Shown piece after piece: positions 38,001-51,535 of a stretch of 64,000 nt of DNA. Position 1 is the stretch's first letter, and every line of letters begins with the position of its first letter. The notes under the pieces are model-generated. The model saw only the letters and a list, made by a program, of their open reading frames with translations, was not told where the DNA came from and made no database searches. This DNA is from Raja brachyura (lineage: Eukaryota), in assembly GCA_963514005.1 (NCBI GenBank), contig OY740795.1:33232001-33296000 (forward strand), written 5' to 3'. The position numbers and the translations under genes are program-made.

Positions 38001-41000
38001 AAATAAAGATTGAAGCTGTTTCATTAGACCAGGGAATTATTTTTTATGATATCAATTGAAATACAAAAGTCTGCATGATTAAATGACTCATAAATTAGCT
38101 CCTAGATCATCTATTAGGAACAACAATTATTTATTGTACACAGAACAAACCACATGCCAACTTGAAAAATTAAGAAATGGGTAAACAGCACGTTGTAAAT
38201 TAAAATTTTTGCATGTTTGTAAAAAGACAAATTAATTCGTTTTTTTTTAAAACAAAATCTATTACAATATATCAATTATTAATTTTAACCCAGGAAATCA
38301 TTTAACAGTTGGAGGAGAGGACACATATCAGATTTCAAAGTCAACATTTATTTTTAAATGTATTCAGCCAAAGTGACAATTTATGTGCGTACAAAACACA
38401 TCAACTGATAATGAGAAATATCATGTTACTATAAACAAATAAAAATCAACTGCAAGGGTCCACCATGATTTTGCCATCAAATTCTAGAAAAAGGCTCATG
38501 CAAATTTACAGCAAAAAAAAATAAATCAGTTCTCTCCTTTAGACAGTTCTCACCAAAACACTGTTCACTAATGAAATCATCTACAATACAATTCAAGAAC
38601 AAATTAACTTTTTGTACTAGCTGCTGGGGTCCCACTTACAATTCTAATGAAGTCAACACTCCAATAAGATGTGTTCAGAAAGTTTCCTGGGCCACCAGCT
38701 CAGAGATCCTTTTCACCAATTAGTGCAAAGAAAAAGGGGGGAAAACAGAGTGCCCTACTCAAAGAGCTAGGCCTTACGGCAAATCTGTCATGTCGACTGA
38801 ATTGATCAACGGGGCTGGTATTTCTAATGGCATCTTGTCAGGAAAAGTCAGCCATAGGGAGCCACCTGCGTTATTCTTTGCAGACAGCTACAGAACTAGA
38901 TACCAATCTCAGGCAGCATCTTTTACTAACAATTTGGGAGAACAATCCAATTTCTGCTGCGGTACAACTTGTCATTCTACAATCATCACCTGGCTTCCTT
39001 TTTTCAGAGATGGTTATATGCTGAAAAAAGCTCCTCTTTAGACAGCCAATTTATTAGAAAAGCAGGACGTTACTAAACAGTGAAAAAGATCCATTTCAAC
39101 TATAACCAATTAATGGTGCATATCATTATGCTCAAGGATTCCTCTTCTGTAATGTTAAACAGAACATAGACATAACAGCACAGGATACCACACATGATGT
39201 GTAGGGGACTTTTTGGGCCAGAGATTAATCTTCCAAGTTCAATGACACACCAGCAACCTCAGGGATCGGTTCTTGAGACCATAAGGAGCTCATGAGTTAT
39301 GTAGCACCTCACTACCAAAAAATCATTTAAGAATATGGATGGCCAGACCTACACCAACTATGATACATGTTCATGGAAAAGAAATGTCCTAAATACATAC
39401 ATTAGGTCCAGTTTGTTATGCGAGTCAAAAAACACTTAGATTGTAAATCACGTATCACAACCTTTCTTGCTCTCATCAGTCAATGAGATTCTCAGGACTT
39501 TTCCTGGAGCCTGCGGCGGTGGCTTTGCCCAGGGACATGTACCAAGAGAAAAATTTTCATCGTGTTAGCATTTCAAATGGCAGAAAGGGAAAGGAAGCTC
39601 TAACTGATCATAGCCCGCGGAATTAATTGGCTAGCCTCTGAATAATGTCGGTCTTCCAATATCCTTGAGAGACGAGCAGTAGCCGAGGACCCGTTTTGTG
39701 CAGCGGCTTCAAATAAAAAGCGCTAAGGGGTATAAGGCTTTAACGCATTTCCCTGAAGACCATGAAAACAGAATCAGCAAACCTCGCCCAACTAATCCAT
39801 TTGGTAATTAAACGCGCAATTCCAAAAAGCGTTCTTCTGTCGAATTTCAAAATTGTCAGAACAAAAGAAAACCATCGTTTCTAAATAAATGTGTGGGATA
39901 CCGGGTATTAATGCAACAAGCGCAGCTGGAAGATGTCTGTTTTAAGTGGGGAAAATTTAAAATATTCTCGGCTTTTCGCCAGTTTTAAAACAAAGGACTC
40001 AAGTAGGCGCCATGTTGCTATTTGTTCCATTCTGCGGGATTAAAGTTTGAGGGTTTTTTTCCCCATTCATCAATGGATATGCAATGACCCTGCTTGATAT
40101 CACTATACCTCTCTTTAAGAGGCATCTTAATCTAACCTTTTTAAGACTCTTTGCTTTCAAACTCAAAACACCATTAAAAATAGGCATTGTTGGTCAGCCC
40201 TGGGAGACTGAGCGCCAGGCTTTCGCTGACCAAGGCAGTAGACCTTGGACAGGCAGCTGCTTATGCAACTAAATAAGCCCCATACAGCAGAGCAAGGGGT
40301 TGGGAGGGGGAATTGAAAAGATGAGATTAAGAATCTTCGCAAATGTTCAATTTTTCGTTATCGACTGCAGCCTGGCATGAGGTGTCAATGTTCGGCTCTA
40401 AAGAGAGGACACAAATTCGCAGCGGTCCCATTATGCGGTCTCTTCGCTCATTGTATATTCCGTCAACGAAGTCAATCTTATTAACTTCCGCTCTGGTTCA
40501 CACATGACATTTTCTTCAATTTTCTTGCCAACATCAAAAACATCAATTAGCAGCTAGAAAATAGGAAGGAATAAATGACAGGGCCCGATAACGTCAACTA
40601 TTTGAAACAGAGGGTAAATCTATTCTGCAGTACTGAATGCATTCATTACCAATTCATTTTCAAAGGAGACTTCCAAATAGCAAAGAATATTAAATTTATC
40701 ATCCAGAAATTGTTCTTTTTTTAAAATCCTATATCTATTGTGCCATTTTGAAATACAACATGCAGAAACATGCCCAGTTTCAGCATCAGCAACTTGGAGA
40801 AAAGTTGAATTTTTTTTAGTTCAGCTGCATTCAGAATGTATTAGCTTGTATGTAGAAACATGAAATAAATGCCACCATTCTGATTTATGGCAATATTTCG
40901 GCACTTTATTGGCCGAACTTTTCTAAATTTAAGTTACAAGATCACTTCATCCATCAAAAACAAGGCATAAATTATAAACGTTTTGTTCAGGAGACCATTT

Positions 41001-43326
41001 CACTGGGTAACTGGCTTTATCTAAAACAGTAATGCGGAAAAGCTTGTTTTACAATACCTACGCATAAGCTATGTCTGTTGATATGCCTGCTTTATGAGAA
41101 GGCTTTCTTGGTTGCATTTCATCTCCTCGGGACTGAATAAAAGCAAATTTAGTGGCTGCTGAAGACCATTGCTCGGAATTAATGTGAACAGAAAAGAGCA
41201 GCTACACCAAATAAACAGATCACTTTCCTCTGGCCATTGATTTCTTGATCTTTTGACATTATTTACCAGCTTCCTATTCTCTTTCCTGTCTTTTTTCCAA
41301 TGTCACAAAGGAAAAATGTCTAAACAGCTGATGGCAGGATTATCAATTAGCTGTCAAGATTCTGCTTTCCAGCACTGAACAATACCTTCCATAATGCCGA
41401 AGATCGGTAATACTGCGAGACACATCTAATACAGGGCTCTCTCCACACTGACTGGGATAGCAGAGTAGCAAGTCGTGAATGAAATTTGTGTCTCGATCTT
41501 TGCCTCAAATATATTGATTTATCTGGCCGTAACCAAATACATATTGTAAATTATAATTAAGAATTTATATTTAATATCAGATAACATTGACTCACAAATA
41601 CAAAATTTTCAGCTCAAAATATAGGGCAATAGCAGAAAGGGTGCTCGATTCCAACCGCAAAAGCTCTTGTAAACACATTCCATTGGTATTGTATTAATTT
41701 CTTTTAGTGCATGCTCGAACCTAGCCTTGGTATTCCTTGCTATTTTGTTTGTATTGGAGGTGGGGGCATAATACAGTAACATGAGGATGGCTGCATTCAT
41801 TCCACCAACTGTGGTAGATATTTCCACATGAAACATAGATCTGCTTTTAAAGACTGGCAAGCTGTGTAATTGAGTGTCAGGCAAAAACAATTTATTCAGT
41901 GTTTTAAAGAAATTCAAGACAACTTCCTCTACAGCGCTAGTGCTAATTTAATAAATTATTTTAAAAGATCCAATAATTTCTATTAAATGTTACTCAATGC
42001 ACCCCTGAGTTAAATTTTCAATTGTAGAAGTATCTATAATTACAAGAGATAAAAGCTACTTAAGTCATTACATTAGTTTGCAATAACACAAAAAAAAATC
42101 TACTGACAAAAATCATTGCAAAGGACGAGTGTAAAAGTAGATCTTCACTTAAATAAAATACTTAAAAATCATTCCAATTTATTCAACATGTTACTTTCAG
42201 TTTGGAAAATCTTGCATTAGGATTCAGCAATTCTTATTAACTGACAGACCAGGCATTTGTGTTCTGCGAAAAGCAAAAAAAAAAATCACTGCTCAAAGTA
42301 GCTCAAGTGGATGATATTTGGGGGTTCTGTCATATTTAAAAACTAATACCACTGGATAATTTATTCTATGTTTTATTACTGTCTGAACGTTCTATGGTCC
42401 CTTAAAAATAAAATTAGCATGCTCCAGATAAAGAGGCTAAAGGAGTTACACGTACTTTCAAACATTGCCTTAGAACATCCGGGACAATAATCAGCCTGAA
42501 TATATTTGGGGCAGGAAGAGAGAAAGAATCTTCAAAGATTTTCCAATACTTTAACATACAGCAATCTTTGCTAAAAATATTCGTAATCTGCCCAACCTTG
42601 CAGCCGAACCACCACTGTACAGAATTCTAAAATATTACCACAGCCATGCTATAAAGCACGAAACAGCAACATTCGAGTTCCTATTTTAATTTGCTTTCTT
42701 TAAGTTAAAAATGTAGAGGTTTCTGAACCAGTTTGGGTGAAGTTATATATCCAATATGCTGCACCAGAGTTTTTTGCTACTAAATTTTCATACAATTTAC
42801 ACCAGTATTCGGAGTAATGAGACCAATTTTTTTTTTTTTTTTAAATTGTTGTGTAAATACCAATTTGTTCATTGACCAGAACCAGCAAACAGTAACCACA
42901 AGCTGCTGATTACCAGTATTTGCGGTTGTGGTTCTGCATCATGCTCCGTCCTTGAAGCTGATGCCGCACACGAATCCATTAAGCGAGCGTGTTGGTGCTC
43001 TTGATCTATTATTTACAAAGAAAACCCTCCCCTTGCTTAAGTGGCCCCTACACTTCAGCCTTCATTACAAGATCATTTTTATACTTGTAAAAACCCCAAA
43101 CACAGTTTAATCAGACTGATAGCACCTACACTCTGCCTAATCTTGCTGCCTGAGATTTTAGAAAACCAGCATAACATTATTCCACGCAATGTTGTACTTT
43201 TAATATCTAAAATTAAATACAATCGATCAATGGAGACCGTATGCCACTTGGCCCTTTTGATACAAGATTTAGCAGTACATTAATCCATACATTTTGTTAG
43301 TTTATATGACTGCATTGCAGGTTATG

Positions 43327-43330
<4 letters not shown>

Positions 43331-43366
<36 letters not shown>
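43331..43366. repeat. (TA)18 microsatellite
   Basis: Read directly. Confidence 0.97.
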
Positions 43367-43372
<6 letters not shown>

Positions 43373-45574
43373 GAACATTCTGGGTTTTTAACATTTGTAC
43401 AGTATGAGGAAACATTTTAAAGGAAATTACAGAACAAATTAATGGAATGCTTTTTTGAGTCCAATGTCTGAAATACATCATTTTGCACACCACTGGTAAA
43501 CTTATTGATACGATATTTTATACTTCACTATTTGCATTCAAACCTGCAAGGCAAATTAAATGCACGACGAGTTCTTGTATTAATCGTATCTCTTCCCTAG
43601 CATATCACAAGTATATTGTGAAGTACAAGATGTGATAAGCTACAGAACCGCAGATTAATCACCCGTGCACTATTTTCTCCTTAATCATTCCACTTTTCTT
43701 AATATTATACATAAATGACATAATTTTATTGAGCTGTTGTATTATTTGTTGTGAAGAATACAACAGTGAAATACACATGATTTTGCTGATTAATCTATAC
43801 CACTATAATATTATGGTTTGCATACTTGTGAAATCCCTAAAGTACATAAGGCGTTTAGGCAGCTTGTCTTAATCATTTTGGCATTTAAAAAGCAATTATT
43901 AATTCAATTTGTCTTTATTACAGCTACCAGAGGCTGATGGATAACCATCACTAGATATGCTAGAGCGCTGCATGACATAGAATAGTAGAACAATGCAATA
44001 TTATAAATAGAGCTGTTAAATAACGGCTAACATTGTACACCTGAGATTCCCTTTCAGGTGCACATCATTACCTAGGGCATGGTTGGTCGAAGCACAAATA
44101 AAAAAACTGCAATACTATCCATTCAGGTCAATATGCCTCTTTTGGAACACAGTAAACAAACCACACACTGCACAAAACATACTTAAGCAAGAGTCACTCT
44201 CCGCCTCCCTAAACAAATAAGGCAGTTTACAAAATACGCTTCTAAAGCAATATGAAATAAAAATCTTTTCCATGTGATTGCTTTTATGAGATTTGGCCAA
44301 ATGCTCGAATAGCCTCCCGCCTGTGGTGTAATGATTTTGTAATTCCAGCCAAGATAATATCAATTTTGGTAGCCCGCTAATCACCACTAGCTTCAATATG
44401 ACCAATGCAACTGAATCGGTAAGATTGAAAGTAACCAAGCTTCCAAAATCTGTAACAGTGCAGCAAACCTCATACTTGGTTGCCTGTGGCTACTGTGAAT
44501 TCCCATTTTTATTTGTCACATTTATACAATCAGAAGGCATTATTTTGTCTCTTCAAACCACCCACATTATGCCCAAATATATGTCGATACTTCAGATCTT
44601 GCTGAATAGTTTCCACCATTGTTACGGGTAGGTTATTAGAGGACCTAATTAATACAAGGTCCCTGCTTATCTTTGAAAACAATCCAAAGTTTTCTTGTTT
44701 TTGATTATATTAAATACTTTTGGTTTGAATTTAATAAAAGACAGATTTGCACCTGTTCAATTTTCAAAATCTTTCATCGTTAACCCCTCCCCCTCCAGTA
44801 TACCATTTTCTATTCAAGCTGGAGAGTCTGTATTTTTTAAAAATAAGGTTTATATATAAAGTGGCTCACCCCATCACCATTCTTCAAATTTCTTCTGCAC
44901 CCACTGTGTCTCTGACAACTCTTCCAAACAAATGTGGTTGAAAACAAATGTGGTTAAAACACTTCAGGTTTTCCCCCCCATATTAAATTATTATCCATAA
45001 TCAAGCACACCAAAACGGTCACAAACTAAGCTTCCATATATTCTATCCCCGATAAACTAACATCACCCAGATTGGACTTTCCATCAATCAGCATGATTGA
45101 ATTCGGAACTTACAAGGAAAGGCAAACTGTGATAAGTATCACCTGACAGTGACAATCAGCGACCTTTCTGAATTCGTGATTAACACTGGCAGGCAACTAG
45201 AGTACTTGTGAACCCTCCTCCGACATTCCTAAAAATGAACAACTTCGGTCAACTTCTAGAAATCAATTGGAAGTGGGAAATCTGGGTAAATCCTGTCTCC
45301 CATGATTGAGCATTGGGAAGCACCCTGATTAATTTAGCCTAAATCCAGAATCAGTTGAAAAACTAGCAACTGAATATGTTTCTACATCAAGGTACACTTG
45401 TGCACAGATCCATTTAGTAGCTTTAGATGTTGATGGTGATTCCTTTCAATTATCATATAAAACATATTGTTCAGTGTAAACGAATGATTACATGACAATG
45501 TTTAATGTTATATTGTGAAAATGGACCAGAGAGTCAGCAGGGCAGGCAACATCCACATTACACCTGTAACATAA

Positions 45575-45905
45575 GAGATGACCCATCAGATCCACGCAGG
45601 CTTCCAGGGGAGCAATTGCATTCATCCCATTGTTCCCTCTCCTATTTTCCTGCAACCCCTGTAATATATTTTCGTTCACATATGCCCCCTCAACTAACCT
45701 TTGTTTCATTTTGCCTGCAATAAGGGATAATTTACAGCAGCCAATTAATCTTGCAACATGTCTCTGGGATTTGTGAAGAAAAGAGAGCACTAGAGGGGAA
45801 ACTCACATGCTCAAGAAAAGAATGTGCAAAAATAGCACCCAAGTCACGACTGAGCCAGAGTCCTTGGAGCTGCAAAGCCGTACCAGTAACCAACTAACCA
45901 CATGG
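45575..45905 (-). mobile_element. Old V-SINE
   Basis: The reverse complement shows a tRNA-like head, the TTTGCACATTCT...GTGAGTTTCCCC central domain and GATTAATTGGCTGCTGTAAATTATCCCTTA. Confidence 0.7.
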
Positions 45906-46767
45906 AGAAACAGATTTAATTATATCATAAGAAATATCCTTGAACTGAAACATGAACTCGCATTAACCCAACTAGTTAATATTTCCAGCATACTCTATAT
46001 TATTTCAGTTTTTCAGCATCCACAATATTTTAATTTTAGTAAAAATTCAGCTGCTTTAATTTCAGGGTTAAAAGACCCAAGGAGTACTGTGGGCAGAAAA
46101 TATGATCAACTATGATCCATCAAGACATTATCTTTGTGAGCAAAGTAATGAAGAAAAAAACATCTTCAGAGAACATTTTCAAGCAAATCAGTCCATATAC
46201 CATTACAATTAATACTTTCATAAATGGGATTCTTCCCAAATCAAACGTTAAGATTGAAGAAACAAATATATTTTGATGAACCAATTCATTATTCGGAATC
46301 ACTACAAGGGAATCATTCGGGATAAAATTAGAATGAAATAGTGCAATTTTTTTTAATATAGTAAAGATTCAAATCCATTTTCGAGATACGATAAATTAAA
46401 ATTAAAGTATATAGCACATAAGTATTTTAGGAGCATATGATATGAGGGTGAAAAGCTTCAATTCAGTGATGTGAAAAAGATGTTGAAAAGCTAAAAAACT
46501 GGAAATACATAACCCACCACCAGTTGAAAGCAAAACCCATGCTATAATTGTCATTAAGAGGTTATAGCCAAAATGTCATTTTTCCCTTTCAGATGCTGAT
46601 TGATCTGCAATGTACTTTTAGCCCCTTTTATATGCTGCAAAGACAAACTAATTGTGAACAATAATTAGTGGGGCGGAGAAAGATAAAAATTCTCTGGAGC
46701 AATTCACATTTACTTATAACCCAGTTACCATAAATGTTTTTCCCCCTCTTAAGTACACTAATTGTCT

Positions 46768-46901
46768 NNNNNNNNNNNNNNNNNNNNNNNNNNNNNNNNN
46801 NNNNNNNNNNNNNNNNNNNNNNNNNNNNNNNNNNNNNNNNNNNNNNNNNNNNNNNNNNNNNNNNNNNNNNNNNNNNNNNNNNNNNNNNNNNNNNNNNNNN
46901 N
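46768..46901. other. Assembly gap (134 N)
   Basis: Run of N. Confidence 1.
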
Positions 46902-48078
46902 TTTCACAGTGGAAGTATTTTATGATTTATGAAGACTCAAGTATTTAAAATCGAGGGAAGGATCTGCTCAAAAACCATAACATCTTCACGCTTCATAACA
47001 GGTTTGACCATTTACTGCTTAATGCAATCATAGGAGACAAACTGCCATTATCAGTCTCCGCTTGGAGTTAATCAACCGTTCAGCCTAGCTGGTTCATTCT
47101 GTAATATATGGAATGTAACGCAGTGCACTTAATACCATGCTGCAGTTACATGGCAATTCTCAGCCTGATGATGCCCAAAGGGTGCAATTACCTTCAATTG
47201 TACAGTAATTTTTATTATGGAGTTTTCATCCATCACACCACATGAGAAATTGGAAATACTCACTTCGCACAAATAATATATAATTTTCTATTTCTATGGG
47301 GCATGTCCCCTATAATGTTTGATTATATACAAATGTAAAAAAAGGTCCACATGGTGTAATAATGGGTATAGGTATTCTGCAGAGAAGCATTACCAATCCC
47401 CTTCAAAGATCACAGGACTTACTTTAACATAACTGAAGTGTTTAAAAATTAAGGTTGCTTTCAAATGAATTGGAAAGTGAGTAATTGTTCAGAAAATAGA
47501 AAACATCTTTTGGTGAGATGTCCTTTAATGAACACTTGTGTGCTCTGCACCTATTACTGTTTTTAGAAGGAGCCGATTGTATAACATGAGCATGATAGTG
47601 AGCACAGGCAGGGAAAAGAGATTTGGAACTTTTTCATAACAATCTAAATTGCTTTTGTCTTGCTAGCAAGGTCAGTCGACCCAGTTCAGTGGCAGTTTGC
47701 TCCCAGGATGATTACTGCTACATCTTCTCTATGGGTTCAAACATCTTGGGAGATTATTCAAAGAAGTCAGCGCAGCTTCAAGAATTGCACATTGCATTTA
47801 GGTTTTTTTTGTACACCAATTGATCCAGAATCAATTGGTTTGCATAGTTAACTTCAAATTAGTGACAAGTGGATAACCCGGATTCAGAGAATAGGACAAA
47901 TCTTTCAGATGCGAACCTATATCCCTAGCCTCCATCTTCCTGTGCTCACATCTCCCTACTACTCCCATCTGCTAATGCAAATGAACCTGGTTGCACCCAA
48001 CATCAGGTGAAAAAGGAATAGGCATAACTGACATTTCACAGCTACTCTTCAATGCAAAGTATACACTTCCCGCAAAAA

Positions 48079-48172
48079 AAGACACAAAGCACAGAAGTAA
48101 CTCAATGGGTCAGGGAGCATCTATGGACAACATGGAAAGGTGACGTTTCAGGTCAGGACAATTCTCACACTT
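48079..48172 (-). repeat. Penelope-derived short repeat, degenerate
   Basis: Reverse complement resembles 51439-51535 (GACCTGAAACGTCACC...ATGCT...TGAGTTACT). Confidence 0.7.
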
Positions 48173-48189
48173 GCCCATCCTAAAAGTGT

Positions 48190-48335
48190 ATAGGTATATG
48201 GACGGGAAGGGAATGGAGGGGTACGGTCTTAGTGCAGGTAGATGGGACTAGGGGAAAATGAATGGTCGGCACGGACTGGAAGGGCCGAGAAGGCCTGTTT
48301 CCGTGCTGTAATTGTTAGATGGTTGTATATGTTAT
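48190..48335 (+). mobile_element. CR1-type 3' tail fragment
   Basis: GGTCGGCACGGACTGGAAGGGCCGAGAAGGCCTGTTTCCGTGCTGTA, the same tail type as the SINEs. Confidence 0.7.
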
Positions 48336-48580
48336 ATGTTATATGGGAGTTGGAATTCAAAAAACACAAAGTAACTGTAGTCTGTGGTAGAGAATCTTGG
48401 TCAACTAGATTAAAGTGCTCTATTTTGTGTATCAGACCTCAGAATTGCTAAGCTGCCCTTGATAGGGTTACAGCAATAGAGGCATACCACGACTTAAACG
48501 TTCTGGCATATTAACAAGTGGTGGGCACTTGGCTCCTTTCCCTGAGCTCAAAGGGTAATGGAAGTGCGATGCTTGACATG

Positions 48581-50123
48581 CAGTGCCCTCCATAATGTTT
48601 GGGACAAAGACACATCATTTATTTATTTGCCTCTGTACTCCACAATTTGATATTTGTAATAGAAAAAAAAATCACATGTGGTTAAAGTACACATTGTCAA
48701 ATTTTAATAAAGGCCATTTTTATACATTTTGGCTTCACCATGTAGAAATTACAGCTGTGTTTATACATAGTCTGCCCATTTCAGGGCACCATAATGTTTG
48801 GGACACAGCAATGTCATGTAAATGAAAGTAGTCATGTTTAGTATTTTGCTGTACATCCTTTGCATGTAATGACTGTTTGAAGACTGCGATTCATGGACAT
48901 CATCAGTTGCTGGGTGTCTTCTCGAGTGATGCTCTGTCAGGCCGGTGTTGCAGCCATCTTTAGCTTATGCTTGTTTTGGAGGCTAGTTCCCTTCAGTTTT
49001 CTCTTCAGCATCTAACAGGCATGCTCAATTGGGTTCAGATCGGGTGATTGACTTGGCCACTCAAGAATTGCCCATTTTTTAGCTTTGAAAAACTCCTTTG
49101 TTGCTTTAGCAGTATGTTTGGGATCATTGTCTTGCTGTGGAATGAACCGCAGGCCAATGAGTTTTGAGGCATTTGTTGGAACTTGAGCAGATAGGATGTG
49201 TCTATACACTTCAGAATTCATTATGCTACTAACATCAGCAGTTGTAGCATCAATGATGATAACCGAGCCAATACCTTCAGCAGCCATACATGCCCAGGCC
49301 ATAACACCCCCACCACCATGTTTCACAGATGTGGTGGTATGCTTCGGATCTTGCGCAGTTACTTCTCTCCTCCATACTTTACTCTTGCCATCACTCTGAT
49401 ACAAGTTAATCTTAGTCTCATCTGTCCACAAGACCTTTTTCCAGAATTGTGGTTCCTCTTTTAAGTACTTCTTGGCAAACCGTAACCTGGCCATCCTATC
49501 TTTGCAGTGGTTTGCATCTTGCAGTGTAGCCTCTGTATTTCTGTTCATGAAGTCTTCTGCGGACAGTGGTCATTGACAAATCCACACGCGACTCCTGGAG
49601 AGTGTTTCTGATCTGTTGGACAGGTGTTTGGGGATTTTTCTTTATTATGGAGAGAATTCTTCTGTCATCAGCTGTGGAGTTCTTCCAGTTCCTTTGCGAT
49701 TAGTAAGCTCACCAGTGCTCTATTTCTTCTTAATGATGTTCCAAACAGCTGATTTTGGTAAGCCCAATGTTTGGCTGATGTCTCTACCAGTTTTATTCTT
49801 GTTTCTCAGTCTCGTAATGGCTTATTTGACTTTCATTGGCCCCAGTCTGGTCCTCGTGTTGATAAACAGCAATAAAAGTTTCCCTGTACCATGCGTCCCA
49901 AACATTATGGCGCCCTGAAATGGGGGATGATGTATAAACACAGCTGTAATTTCTACATGGTGAAACCAAAATGTGTAAAAATGGCCTTTAATAAAATCTG
50001 ACAATGTGCACTTTAACTACAAGTGATTTTTTTGCTATTACAAATCTCAAATTTCCAATTGTGAAGTACAGAGGCAAATAAATAAATGATGGGTCGTTGT
50101 CCCAAACATTATGGAGGGCACTG
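48581..50123 (-). mobile_element. Second copy of the same Tc1 family, opposite orientation, with internal deletions
   Basis: TIRs CAGTGCCCTCCATAATGTTTGGGAC (48581) and CCCAAACATTATGGAGGGCACTG (50123), followed by TA. ORF 49012..49548 carries WTDETKINL...QQDNDPKH...PDLNPIE with 34 residues between the second D and E (DD34E), then a premature stop. Confidence 0.97.
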
Positions 50124-50234
50124 TAGAAGGGATGTGGATTCTGAGCCAGATGAAATTTTCTATTCCAAGATTGAGAGATCAAGGTTTAACAGACAGGAAT
50201 AAATGTGGAGAAATAAGGAGATCAGATACGATTA

Positions 50235-51400
50235 GACGGTTTGATTTGGTTCATTATTATTGTTACACGTGGTAAAAAACTGTTTTGTGCACTATCCAGG
50301 CAATTCATACCATATACGAGTACACCAGGTGGTGCAAATGAGAAAATAAAGAGAGTGCATTGCTATAGAGAAAGTTCAATTTTTTTTCTTTAATGCAATG
50401 GCCACAGCAAGGTAAATTGGAATATCAGAAATTCACCCTTAACAAATGAGATACCTATTCAACAGCGGGGAAGAAGCTGTTCTTAAATCTGACGGTGTAT
50501 GCTTTCAACCTTCTGTATCTTCGGCCCAAGGGTAGAGGAGAGAATAGAGAATGAGTGCGGTGCGAATGCTTTTTGGTTAGGTTGGCTTCCCCCCCCCCCC
50601 TCAATTGCCATACCAAGCTGTGATGCATCTGCATAAGATGCTCTCTATGGTGCATCTGTAGAAATTTAGAGTCATTACAGACGTGTTGTCTGAGGAAGTA
50701 AAGGCATTGATGCATGTTCTTGGCCATAGAACAATTTTTTTGTGACAAGATAAACTGCAGTGGATCAAAGTTGTCTAAAAGGCTGAAGCACCATGTGTTC
50801 TGTGACCATTGTCTCAAAGCATTCATGATGGTTGATATCAGAGCTACCGTATGATGATTTTAAGGCAGGCCACCTTGTTTTTCTTTAGGACCAAGATGAT
50901 AAAGCAGCTGGGAATCCCAGGTTGCGATAGGAAGATGTTAACGATGTTCACAAATACTACTGCAAGCTGGTCTTTGCTGGATCCAACAACACGGCCAGGC
51001 AGGTCACTTTCCATGGGTTGCTCCCAGGAAGGCCAATCTGACATCTGCAACAGTGACCATGGGTATAGGTGCACCAGAGACTGTCAGGGTGGATGTCATC
51101 ATTCCACTGACCTTCTGTTTAAAATGTGCATAACATGCATTGAGCTCATGGGGAAGGGATGGGTTGTTGCCAGCGATTCTGCCCGACTTCGCTTTGTGAT
51201 TATGGCATGTGAACTTTGCCACAATTGACGGGTGTCTGTGTGGTTGGTCTGAAATTGTCGCTTGGCAATCCTCGTGGCCTTATGAAGGCTATACCTAGAT
51301 TTTATATACAGGTTGGAATCATCAGACCTGAACACCCCAGACTTGGTCTTCACTATGGAGTGGGTCTCGTGGTCAATCCATGATTTCTGGTTGGAGAGTT
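50235..51400 (-). mobile_element. Rex1/Babar-like LINE, decayed and internally deleted
   Basis: ORFs 50455..50826 (HSLFSPLPLGRRYRRLK...RFKNSFFPAV), 50844..51074 (DQLAVVFVNIVNIFLSQ..IPSCF) and 51004..51222 (SLPHELNACYAHF) show reverse-transcriptase-region motifs. Confidence 0.85.
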
Positions 51401-51438
51401 CTCAGATTGATGTCATTGGCACACAGCAAGCGAAGCTC

Positions 51439-51535
51439 AGTCTGAAGAAGGGTCTCGACCCGAAACGTAACCCATTCCTTCTCTCCAGAGATGCTGCCTG
51501 TCCCGTTGAGTTACTCCAGCATTTTGTGTCTACCT
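51439..51535 (+). ncRNA. Penelope-derived short repeat carrying a minimal type I hammerhead ribozyme motif
   Basis: CTGAAGA (51442-51448), hairpin GGGTC-TC-GACCC, GAAA (51462-51465), then CGTA. All core nucleotides are present; helix III is reduced to the palindrome ACGT. Confidence 0.7.

Noticed and set aside
46734-46925. ORF spanning the N run
   Set aside because: Artefact of the assembly gap.
49012-49548. 178-aa ORF as an active or domesticated transposase
   Set aside because: It lacks the N-terminal DNA-binding domain because of deletion and frameshift, and stops just after the catalytic E.
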